Shown here piece after piece: positions 9,535 through 17,916 of a stretch of 29,253 bases of DNA; the stretch's first letter is position 1, and every line of letters begins with the position of its first letter. Both the position numbers and the translations under genes were made by a program. The notes beneath the pieces are model-generated. The model was given only the letters and a program-made list of their open reading frames with translations, ran no database searches and was not told the DNA's origin. Origin of the DNA: Candidatus Ratteibacteria bacterium (GTDB lineage Bacteria > Ratteibacteria > UBA8468 > B48-G9 > DTJG01); contig JBMFLH010000017.1 of NCBI GenBank assembly GCA_049971295.1, positions 1-29,253 on the forward strand, read 5' to 3'.

Positions 9535-10605
9535 TTTCCTGGATTACATAATTGGATTCGCCAAGACCAAGTTTTTCTGCTTCTTTGACCTGGACATATG
9601 GGTCCTTACCCCAAATTTTTTCAAAAAGATGTCCATTCCTTTTTTCAAGTTTGAGGTGGCCTGGAAGAGAACCAGAGATAAGCTTTTGTTTATCGATTAA
9701 ATCGAGTGTTGCTTTTTCCACGCTGACGATGTCATCTGAAGCAACAATTCCAACATCAGGAATAATAGATGGGCTCGACATACCAAGGCAATCGCAAAAA
9801 GGAGTTACATTCATAATAACATTGATATGACATGCATTTCCTTTTACCTGTTCCAAAACCTTTTTTGCCGATAGGGCAAGAGCTCTTTCAAAAATCTCAT
9901 AATTTGATGAATCGAGCTTTAATGCTCTTTGAGGACACAGAGCAACACATCGTGCGCAAAAAACACATGTATGAAAATCAATGACAAGTTTTCTATTTTT
10001 ATCAAATTTCATTGCAGAAGTCCTGCAATTTTTAATGCAGATGCTACAAAATTTACATTTTGACTGGTCCCAGTATGGTTTTGACTCAACTGTGGTGTGA
10101 AGGTCAATTCTTGATTTTGTCGTAACAAAACCCATTCCAAGATTTTTTATTGCACCACCATAAGCACAGTTTCCATGCCCCTTTGCATGGGAAAAATTAA
10201 TCAATAAACCTGTGGATTTAAGAATCCAATCTGTAATTGTTTTATTCCGTATCCATCTGAAATTTTTACTATAAAATAATCTGTATCCTGCAAACCTGTT
10301 GCCGGAATGAATTTACATCCCATTACTTCTTCAGTATAGCCCCTCTTTGCATCCGGCATGACAATATCCGTTATAAATGGTATGCCCCTGTGTTCTTTGA
10401 TATAGTCAACAATCATTCTCACAAAAAGAGGATGAATTGTAGTAAAGCCATAACCTGACCCCATGTGCATCTTAATAATAACAGTCGTATCTCTGACCCA
10501 AGAATCAATTCGAAGTTTATCAAGCATTCTAAGAAATTTTGCAGGAAGTGTGGCATTTCTCTCAAGTTTTTTCACTTTTGCTGATGCGAACAATACATTA
10601 GACAT
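9527..10605 (-). pseudogene. DUF362 family Fe-S protein with 2x[4Fe-4S] ferredoxin domain, split by a frameshift near 10220
   Basis: N-half 10605-10201 has GGAG RBS, MSNVLFAS, IKMHMG, PFITD. C-half has SHAKGH, GGAIKNLGMG, CKFCSICIKNC, CVFCARCVALCP, PFCDC. Confidence 0.85.
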
Positions 10606-10626
10606 TCTTACTCCCAGTAAAAAAAA

Positions 10627-10655
10627 TTGACCTGCCATGCGTATCATTATATCAT
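10627..10655 (+). promoter_or_regulatory. Sigma70-type promoter for the URO-D-like/SDR operon
   Basis: TTGACC-17 bp-TATCAT in the 72-bp divergent intergenic region. Confidence 0.6.
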
Positions 10656-10677
10656 ATTCTATCAAAGAGGAATTGCT

Positions 10678-11784
10678 ATGACATCCAGGCAGCGTTGCAA
10701 GGTTGCAATGAAAGGTGGTATACCTGACTGTGTACCTGTAATACCACAGATATGCCATCCACATGCTATCAGAGCTCTTGGTTTTGATTTCAGAAAAACT
10801 ATGGTACAGGCAGTTCAGAACCCTTATCTTGTTAATGAACTTCAAATTGAATGTGCACGGTTTTATGGGGTTGATGGAGTCAAGGTCTGGATACATCACC
10901 AGGGCATTGACAATCTTTACGATGATGGTGAGAATGTCTGGCAAATCAACACTCTGACTAAAGCACCTGTTGCAAGACTTGACTTTAAAGGCGGCGGCTG
11001 GATGATACCACTGGAAGAACAAGTCATTGTAAAAAACGAGCAGGATATTGAAAAAATCCCAGTAATTCCTGCAGAAACACTTTTGAAAGATGAAGCATAC
11101 AAAAAAACAGGAAGACTCGTTGAAAACGCCAAAAAAGATTTGTTTGTAATCACCTCACCAGGTGGGATAAGTGTAGAATATGCCACAACAGTAAGAGGTA
11201 AATCTCAAACATTTATTGACCTTATTGAAAATCCGCAACTGATAAAGAAAATGCTTGATCGCGCTACCAGAGTCGCAATTGAAAAAGCAATCGCAATGAT
11301 TAAACTTGGAGTCGACGCACTCATGCTCGGAGAAACATTTGGTGGAGTGATAGGCCCTGAACTATTCAAAGAATTCTGCGTACCATATTTTAAAATGTTT
11401 GTAGACAGGGTAAAAAAATATGATGTGTGCATTTATTTACATGTCTGTGGAAACAGTTCCCATCTTTTCGAACTTATGGCAGAAACAGGTGTGGATTGTA
11501 TAGAACCTTTTGACCCTCTTGGAGGAGTGCAGGTAAAAGATGCAAAAAGAAGATTGTTTGGAAAAACAGCCATCATGGGTGGAATTAATACATTAACACT
11601 CGCGCATGGAAGTCTGGATGACGTTAAAAGGGATATCCAGAGATGCCTGACAGAAGGCGCTGATGGAGGCGGATATATACTTGCCTGTGGCGATATGCTT
11701 CCAACAGAAACATCGTCTGAAAAGGTTTTTGCAATGGTACAAGCTGCTCACTCCTATAAATATCAGCAGGGAGGTAAACAGTGA
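10678..11784 (+). CDS. Uroporphyrinogen decarboxylase / MtaA-CmuA family protein
   Basis: MTSRQR...PDCVPV, IGPELFKEF, LHVCG, GGIN, GGGYILACG (H-x-C...C Zn-type ligands). GAGG RBS precedes ATG 10678. Confidence 0.88.
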   Translation: MTSRQRCKVAMKGGIPDCVPVIPQICHPHAIRALGFDFRKTMVQAVQNPYLVNELQIECARFYGVDGVKVWIHHQGIDNLYDDGENVWQINTLTKAPVARLDFKGGGWMIPLEEQVIVKNEQDIEKIPVIPAETLLKDEAYKKTGRLVENAKKDLFVITSPGGISVEYATTVRGKSQTFIDLIENPQLIKKMLDRATRVAIEKAIAMIKLGVDALMLGETFGGVIGPELFKEFCVPYFKMFVDRVKKYDVCIYLHVCGNSSHLFELMAETGVDCIEPFDPLGGVQVKDAKRRLFGKTAIMGGINTLTLAHGSLDDVKRDIQRCLTEGADGGGYILACGDMLPTETSSEKVFAMVQAAHSYKYQQGGKQ

Positions 11785-12548
11785 GAACCGATTCGTTTAT
11801 TCTTGAAGGAAAGGTGGCCTTGATAACCGGATCAGGCACTGGTATTGGCAGAGCAATAGCCATTAAACTTGCAGAACACGGAGCGTGTGTGGGTATTCAC
11901 TACAACGCCAGCTACCAGGAAGCAATCCAGACATTGGAAACTATAAAAAGTATGAACAGGAAGGCAATTTTGTTACAGGCTGATCTTACTCATGAAGAAC
12001 AGGCAAACAAAATAGTTGACAAAATTGTCGCTGAATTTGACAAACTTGATATTCTTGTCAATAATGCGGGTTCTCCTGTAAAAAGGAGCAAAATTGAGGA
12101 ATGTCCCCTGGCACTATGGAATCAGGTCTTTAACGTAAATATGACATCAGCATTTATGGTGACAAAAAGAGCAATTCCATACCTCAGAAAAACCGGTAAA
12201 GGTTCCATCGTGAACATCATTTCTCTATCTGTACAAACAGGTGGCGCAAATGGTGCAGTACCGTATGCAACAGCGAAAGGTGCCCTGCTGGTTTTCACAA
12301 GAACATTAGCAAGAGAACTTGCGCCTGAAATAAGAACAAATGCGGTTTGTCCAGGAGTGATTGAAACCCATCATCATGAAATTTTCAGCACCCCTGAAAG
12401 AATGCAACAATACAAAGAAGAAACTCCCATGAAAAGAAATGGAACACCGGAAGAAGTGGCAAATGCTGTGGTGTACCTTGTCAGTGATGCTGCGTCATTC
12501 ACCAATGGTGCACTGATAGATGTCAATGGTGGCAGATTTCTCAGGTAG
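11781..12548 (+). CDS. Short-chain dehydrogenase/reductase (SDR)
   Basis: TGSGTGIG, NNAG, YATAK, PG, VNGG. GGAGG RBS and GTGA overlap. Confidence 0.95.
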   Translation: MRTDSFILEGKVALITGSGTGIGRAIAIKLAEHGACVGIHYNASYQEAIQTLETIKSMNRKAILLQADLTHEEQANKIVDKIVAEFDKLDILVNNAGSPVKRSKIEECPLALWNQVFNVNMTSAFMVTKRAIPYLRKTGKGSIVNIISLSVQTGGANGAVPYATAKGALLVFTRTLARELAPEIRTNAVCPGVIETHHHEIFSTPERMQQYKEETPMKRNGTPEEVANAVVYLVSDAASFTNGALIDVNGGRFLR

Positions 12549-13167
12549 AACAAAAGAAAAAATCAGGTCTTTATACAAAGAACTATTGAAGAAGCATGGT
12601 TCTCCGACTGAGTCGGGTCAGTGGAAATTCTGGTGCAAAAGACCAAAAACATGCTGGGAAAAAGAAATCATCATTATTGAATCAATCCTCACCCAAAGAA
12701 CAAACTGGAAAAATGTAGAAAAAGCAATACGAAATCTAAAGATGAGCAAACTCGCGTCATTACAATCCATACTAAAAATAAGCAATGAAATCATTGAAAA
12801 ACTAATAAAAAACTGCGGATTTAGCAAACAAAAAACGCAACGATTGAAAAATGTGGCAGAATTTGTTGTTAAGTCCGATGGCATAAAAAACCTTGAGAAA
12901 ATACCAACAAATGTTTTGAGAGAAAAATTTCTTTCCATTGATGGTATTGGCAAAGAAACTGCCGATGACATTGTGCTTTATGCATTTGAAAGACCTGTAT
13001 TTGTGATTGATGGATATACAAAAAGGTTCGCAAGCAGCCACAAATTATCTGATAGATACTCATATGATTATCTTCAGCAACTATTTGAAAAAGCAGTGAA
13101 AAAGGATTATAAAATATATCAGGACTACCATGCACTTATTGTCATTGAAATGAAAGGGACAAAATGA
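12520..13167 (+). CDS. HhH-GPD endonuclease III-related DNA glycosylase, lacking the C-terminal Fe-S motif
   Basis: ILTQRTNWKNVEKA, GIGKETADDIVLYA, FVIDGYTKR, YHALIV. Exact start uncertain. Confidence 0.88.
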   Translation: MSMVADFSGRTKEKIRSLYKELLKKHGSPTESGQWKFWCKRPKTCWEKEIIIIESILTQRTNWKNVEKAIRNLKMSKLASLQSILKISNEIIEKLIKNCGFSKQKTQRLKNVAEFVVKSDGIKNLEKIPTNVLREKFLSIDGIGKETADDIVLYAFERPVFVIDGYTKRFASSHKLSDRYSYDYLQQLFEKAVKKDYKIYQDYHALIVIEMKGTK

Positions 13168-14318
13168 TAAAAAGGGGAATTGCAACACTGACACTTGATA
13201 CTGGCGAGTGCCCACGATGGCTTTTTGAAAGAATGGTGCAACTTGGAGGCCAGATTCTGGAAATTATTGTGCAGGAATATGGGCCTGACGAATTCATTGC
13301 AAGAATTTCTGACCCTGTTTGGTTCCAATCACTGGGGACTGTTGTAGCTTTTGATTGGAATGCATCGGGACTGACAACGATTCTCACAGCTGCGTTAAAG
13401 GAAGCCATAAAAGGAAAGGAAAAACAATTGGAGCTTTTTGTTTGCGGCGGTAAGGGCAAAACTTCACTCAAAACACCCGACGAAATAGTCCAATGGGGAG
13501 AAAAAATTGCATTACCTGACAAAAATATTTCAAATCTTGTTTATAGCTCCAGAATCACTGCAAAGGTCGACAGCAGCCTTGTTCAGGATGGATATCAGAT
13601 TTACCATCACGCTTTCTTTTTCTCGAAAAATGGAGCGTGGGGAGTAATTCAACAGGGAATGAACCAACAAAATTCAACCGCGAGGAGATACCATTGGTTT
13701 TCTGATAAAATCACTGATTTTGTTTGTGAACCGCATACCGCAATTATCAGTCCTTTAATCGTTCCCTGCGTTAATCTTACTGCGAGAGAAAGTGAAAAAA
13801 CGAGAAAAATCAGCACAGAACTTGTTCGGTCAGGTTTCTCCGGATTAATCAGGGATATACAGATATTGAGAAAATACTCCAGCAAGACAACAAAAATGGT
13901 TGCCATTAAATCCGGTCAACAGGAGTTAGTTTTTGCAGAATTTAAAAACACTGAGTTTTATTCTCATCCAGTAATTGAAGAGGACTTTTCAAAAAGCAGG
14001 TATCTTGAAAAAATTCTTGCGAAATTGTGCGACTATAAACCAGAAAATTATGAAAAACTCATTGCGGTTGAAGGAGTCGGACCTAAAACAGTTAGGGCGC
14101 TTTCGCTTGTCGCAGAATTAATTTATAGCGCTCCGCCATCTTATGTTGACCCTGCAAGATATTCATTTGCCCATGGAGGAAAAGATGGAACACCCTACCC
14201 TGTTGATCGTATTACCTACGATAATACCATTGAGTTTTTTACAAAGGTCATAAACAAGATGAAACTCTCAGCGGGTGAAAAAAACTCAATGCTAAAAAAA
14301 CTTCAACAATCCCGTTGA
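13164..14318 (+). CDS. DUF763 family protein
   Basis: PRWLFERM, SDPVWFQSLG, DWNASGLTT, AKVDSSLVQDGY, QQGMN, ARRYHW, GVGPKTVRAL, DPARYSFAHGGKDGTPYPV. Confidence 0.92.
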   Translation: MIKRGIATLTLDTGECPRWLFERMVQLGGQILEIIVQEYGPDEFIARISDPVWFQSLGTVVAFDWNASGLTTILTAALKEAIKGKEKQLELFVCGGKGKTSLKTPDEIVQWGEKIALPDKNISNLVYSSRITAKVDSSLVQDGYQIYHHAFFFSKNGAWGVIQQGMNQQNSTARRYHWFSDKITDFVCEPHTAIISPLIVPCVNLTARESEKTRKISTELVRSGFSGLIRDIQILRKYSSKTTKMVAIKSGQQELVFAEFKNTEFYSHPVIEEDFSKSRYLEKILAKLCDYKPENYEKLIAVEGVGPKTVRALSLVAELIYSAPPSYVDPARYSFAHGGKDGTPYPVDRITYDNTIEFFTKVINKMKLSAGEKNSMLKKLQQSR

Positions 14319-14322
14319 AAAT

Positions 14323-15210
14323 TTACAGAGGTGCCACAACCTTTAACCAGACCTTACTACCGTCGGGTTTATTTTTCACAGACATTTCTTTCTGATATTT
14401 CAGGATAAAACTTATTTTTCCTGCATCATACTTCACCTGTGGGCCAATGGCAAATACCTTTCCTTTGTTTCCATCTCCCACCTTTGCACCATTTTGTTTA
14501 TCATCTGTGGTTTGAGCATAATAATATCCACCAAGTCCGAATGTCCATTTGTTGTTGATTCTTTTTGCTATCGTATAATCACAGTGAAATTCCTGCCCCG
14601 ATTTGTATTTGGTGTCGTCATTTTCAAGATTAATGTCATACATAAACTTTTTTGATATCTCCCATCCGCTGTCAGAAATATAGGTAAAAGCAAAAACTGG
14701 CTCTATTGTCCAATAATTCCTTCCGATATTCGCAATATCGTTTCTGTCATAAGCCCCTGTGGGAACAATAATCTCAATCCCTGCTGCCGTATGGACATTT
14801 TTTGAATGCCATGAGATAATGCACGGGTCAACAAATACATCACCGAGTCCAAATTTTGAATCCTTGCCAGCAGGTGTTCTCACATCCACATTCATCAGCG
14901 GAACAAGTACGTGCATTCCCCAGTTTCCACCAAAAATCTTTTTATCGCTCACGTAAATGAACCTTGACACATTACCAAAAACCGTAAGATTAAAATCAGG
15001 AACAGAGCTTTTGCCGTGTGAATCCCTGAACGTATCAGAGAAGTATCCGACTGTGTAGTTAATGTAATAAAATCCTGGTGGTGAAACAGCGCCAGCCATA
15101 AAATCTTCTGCACCAATTGGATATGAATTTCCACCACCCTCAGTGGCAAAACATATACTGGCAAACAATAATATTCCAAAAGCAAAAATAGAAATCCTGA
15201 AAACTTTCAT
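14323..15210 (-). CDS. Outer-membrane beta-barrel channel, Phenol_MetA_deg (SphA/COG4313-like) family
   Basis: Signal peptide followed by ATEGGGNSYPIGAE, PPGFY, GLGD, PTGAYD, NIGRNYWT, YKSGQEFH, QTTDD, FAIGP. Confidence 0.88.
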   Translation of the reverse strand: MKVFRISIFAFGILLFASICFATEGGGNSYPIGAEDFMAGAVSPPGFYYINYTVGYFSDTFRDSHGKSSVPDFNLTVFGNVSRFIYVSDKKIFGGNWGMHVLVPLMNVDVRTPAGKDSKFGLGDVFVDPCIISWHSKNVHTAAGIEIIVPTGAYDRNDIANIGRNYWTIEPVFAFTYISDSGWEISKKFMYDINLENDDTKYKSGQEFHCDYTIAKRINNKWTFGLGGYYYAQTTDDKQNGAKVGDGNKGKVFAIGPQVKYDAGKISFILKYQKEMSVKNKPDGSKVWLKVVAPL

Positions 15211-15218
15211 AGCACCCC

Positions 15219-15836
15219 CTATTTTCCAAACATCTTCAAAAACTTTTGTATTTCAGCAAATACATCTTCTGCTCTTAATACCGCTGAAATTGCACACACG
15301 GCATCTGCACCTGCTTTGATCACAGCAGGAGCATTTTCAAGTGTTATTCCGCCGATAGCGACAACTGGAACTGATACAGCAGCTCTGACCTCAGCAAGAA
15401 CTTTTAATCCCACAGGTGATTGTGCATCTGGCTTGGTTGTGGTCTTGAAAACTGGAGAAACAGCCAGATAATCAGCTCCGTTTTTTTCAGCCTCAATGGC
15501 TTGCGCACAATTATGAACTGTCACGCCAATAATTTTTTTATCTCCCAGTAACCTTCTTGTAATAGAAATAGGTAGATCATCCCGGCCTATATGAACTCCA
15601 TCAGCATCAACCGCAAGCACTATATCCACCCTGTCATTGATGATAAAAATCTTGCCTTCCAGCAGCTTTTTAATTTCCATTGCTTCTTGGTACATATAAA
15701 GGCTTGACTTTTGTTTTTCTCTGTACTGAAAAATTTCAACGCCTGCCATGAGAGCAGATTTAATGTCTTCAATAATTCCATTGCGGGTAAGATTTGAGTC
15801 AGTAATGAAATAGTACCCTTTTATCGGGTATTTCAT
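15219..15836 (-). CDS. thiE: Thiamine-phosphate synthase
   Basis: QYREK, INDRVD, ADGVHIG, SPVFKTTTK, VAIGGI. Confidence 0.96.
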   Translation of the reverse strand: MKYPIKGYYFITDSNLTRNGIIEDIKSALMAGVEIFQYREKQKSSLYMYQEAMEIKKLLEGKIFIINDRVDIVLAVDADGVHIGRDDLPISITRRLLGDKKIIGVTVHNCAQAIEAEKNGADYLAVSPVFKTTTKPDAQSPVGLKVLAEVRAAVSVPVVAIGGITLENAPAVIKAGADAVCAISAVLRAEDVFAEIQKFLKMFGK

Positions 15837-16636
15837 TTCACCTTCTCCAGATTTATCCTGCTTTCAATTTTTTCTCTGTCAAGCCAGTAAAGAGCATCGA
15901 ACAGTGCTGCCTTGAAGGAAGCCGGTCCTTTTGATTGTTCTGCCGCGATTTCAGAAGCAATTCCAAAACACGCAAGGGCACCAATTGCAGCAATCAGCAA
16001 ATTTCCTTCAACTGCGGCAAAAGCACCAATCACAGAACTGACCATGCATCCTGTTCCAACCACATGCGTCAACAATTCATGCCCATTTTTAACATAAAAT
16101 GTTGTATCGCCATCTGACACTATGTCATGTTTTCCAGTAATAACGACGACGCAAGACCTCTGTTTGGCAAGAGATTGTGCAACTTCGACCAAATCAATAG
16201 AGACATCTGAAGAATCAACACCTTTTGTAAAAACTTTTTTCCCCGCAACATTTGCAACTTCAGATGCATTACCCTTAATAATATCAATATGCGTATATTC
16301 GATCAACTCAAATATCTTTCTATTTCTCAATTCAGTAGCGCCTGCTCCGCACACATCAAGGATGACAGGGATGTTTCTAATGCTGGCAGCTCGTGCCGCC
16401 AATTTCATGGATTCAATAAAATCTAATGTGAGGGTTCCTATGTTCAGTACTACAGATGATGCTATGCTAACGATTTGGTCAATTTCCTCAGGCGCATGAG
16501 CCATAATCGGAGAAGCACCGAGTGTCTTAACAATATTTGCGCAGTCATAAATCGTTACCCAATTTGTGAGATGATGAATGACTGGTTTGGTCTTCCTTAT
16601 CCTTTCCAGTGTTTCTGGAATATTAATTTTTTTCAT
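15833..16636 (-). CDS. thiM: Hydroxyethylthiazole kinase
   Basis: HHLTNWVT, GASPIMA, LNIGTL, IKGNASE, KGVDS, VVGTGC. Confidence 0.96.
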   Translation of the reverse strand: MKKINIPETLERIRKTKPVIHHLTNWVTIYDCANIVKTLGASPIMAHAPEEIDQIVSIASSVVLNIGTLTLDFIESMKLAARAASIRNIPVILDVCGAGATELRNRKIFELIEYTHIDIIKGNASEVANVAGKKVFTKGVDSSDVSIDLVEVAQSLAKQRSCVVVITGKHDIVSDGDTTFYVKNGHELLTHVVGTGCMVSSVIGAFAAVEGNLLIAAIGALACFGIASEIAAEQSKGPASFKAALFDALYWLDREKIESRINLEKVK

Positions 16637-16737
16637 AACTTACCTTCTCGAAACTGTTTGAGATTTTTATTGTATCAATTTTAAACATCATTGACAAGTT
16701 AATGTTGATCGCCAAATTCTAACCTTTTACCAATTTG

Positions 16738-16775
16738 TTGACTTAAAAAGATAAGATGATAAATTATATAGTCAA
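16738..16775. promoter_or_regulatory. Overlapping divergent sigma70-type promoters (thiM operon and URO-D-like operon)
   Basis: Plus strand: TTGACT(16738)-16 bp-TAAATT with TG extension. Minus strand: TTGACT(16775)-16 bp-TATCTT. Confidence 0.5.
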
Positions 16776-16792
16776 GACAACAAAAAAAGGTT

Positions 16793-17896
16793 ATGGAACT
16801 AAAATATAAACAAGATTTTGAGCAAGTAAGGACCAGGTGGAGACATTTCTGGAATAAAGAGATATATAAAAGACCGATAGTAATGGCCGGTTGCTATAAA
16901 GAAGGGGTAAATAAAAAATTCCATGATGTTTTTTCGCTTCGTTATTACAGAGCCTATAATGGCTTATGGCAACAACAAATTGACTTATTCAACGAATGGG
17001 CAGAGAACTTTGATTTTTTGGGAGATGGTGTGCCATCCCTATCACCTGATTTTGGTCCTGATCAGTTTGCAGCGTTTTATGGGGCAAACCTTAGATTTTC
17101 TGAACAATCCAGGCATACCAGCTGGGCTGAACCAATCATTGACGACTGGAACAAATTTCTACCTTTGAGGTTTAATTCATCAAATGAAACATTTCAAAAA
17201 CTTCTCGCATACACCCGATTCATTGCAGAAGACGCAAAGGGGAAATATCTGGTCTCAGATATCGACAGACACTCAAACATCGATGCCCTGCTTGCGCTCA
17301 GAGGCGCAGAAAAACTCTGCATGGATCTGTATGATAGACCTGAAATCATAGAAGAGGCGATGCTCAATTTAAGGAAGGACTTCCCTTTAATTTCTGATAT
17401 GCTTTACATGGCAGGCATTGACAATAGTGGTCTGGGTACCACAGTGTCATGGACAGGTGGTTTCTACAGCGAAAAGAAATTCAGTGTGGTTCAAGCAGAT
17501 TTTATTTGCATGATGAGTTCTGAAATGTTCCGGAAGTTTGTGCTTCCAGCTCTTGAGGAAGAAATCGAATACTATGACCACAGTTATTTTCACCTTGATG
17601 GACCCGGCGCATTAAAACATCTTGATGATATACTTTCTATAAAAAAGCTTTCTGTTTTACAATGGCAGCCAGGGGAAGGTCAAAAGCCCAATTTCCAATG
17701 GCTTGACATCTTGAAAAAGGCGCAAAGAGCAAAAAAAGCAGTACATGTCTTTGGAAATTCCAGTCAACCATTGACTCCTGAAATAGTGAAACATTTACAC
17801 AAGGAACTTGAACCATCTCTTGTTGTTTATGATGGGATACGAATAGAAAATAGAAAAGAGTTTGAAAATCTTTCGTCATGGCTTGAGAAAAATTAG
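16793..17896 (+). CDS. URO-D/cobalamin-methyltransferase-fold protein (HLDG subtype)
   Basis: DFGPDQFAAFYG, TSW, LRGAEKLCMDLYD, QADFICMMS, YFHLDGPGALKHLD, QWQPGEG. Confidence 0.75.
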   Translation: MELKYKQDFEQVRTRWRHFWNKEIYKRPIVMAGCYKEGVNKKFHDVFSLRYYRAYNGLWQQQIDLFNEWAENFDFLGDGVPSLSPDFGPDQFAAFYGANLRFSEQSRHTSWAEPIIDDWNKFLPLRFNSSNETFQKLLAYTRFIAEDAKGKYLVSDIDRHSNIDALLALRGAEKLCMDLYDRPEIIEEAMLNLRKDFPLISDMLYMAGIDNSGLGTTVSWTGGFYSEKKFSVVQADFICMMSSEMFRKFVLPALEEEIEYYDHSYFHLDGPGALKHLDDILSIKKLSVLQWQPGEGQKPNFQWLDILKKAQRAKKAVHVFGNSSQPLTPEIVKHLHKELEPSLVVYDGIRIENRKEFENLSSWLEKN

Positions 17897-17916
17897 AAAA
17901 ACATACGGGATAAATT

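Noticed and set aside
10205..10230. Programmed -1 frameshift in the DUF362 gene
   Set aside because: C-TTA-AAT is not a canonical X-XXY-YYZ site and no clear stimulatory hairpin was seen. A simple indel is more likely.
10606..11022. 139-aa N-terminal extension of ORF 10201..11022
   Set aside because: It is antisense to the URO-D-like gene. The real start is ATG 10605 with a GGAG RBS.
16637..16792. TPP riboswitch upstream of thiM
   Set aside because: Conserved TPP core motifs were not found on the minus strand.
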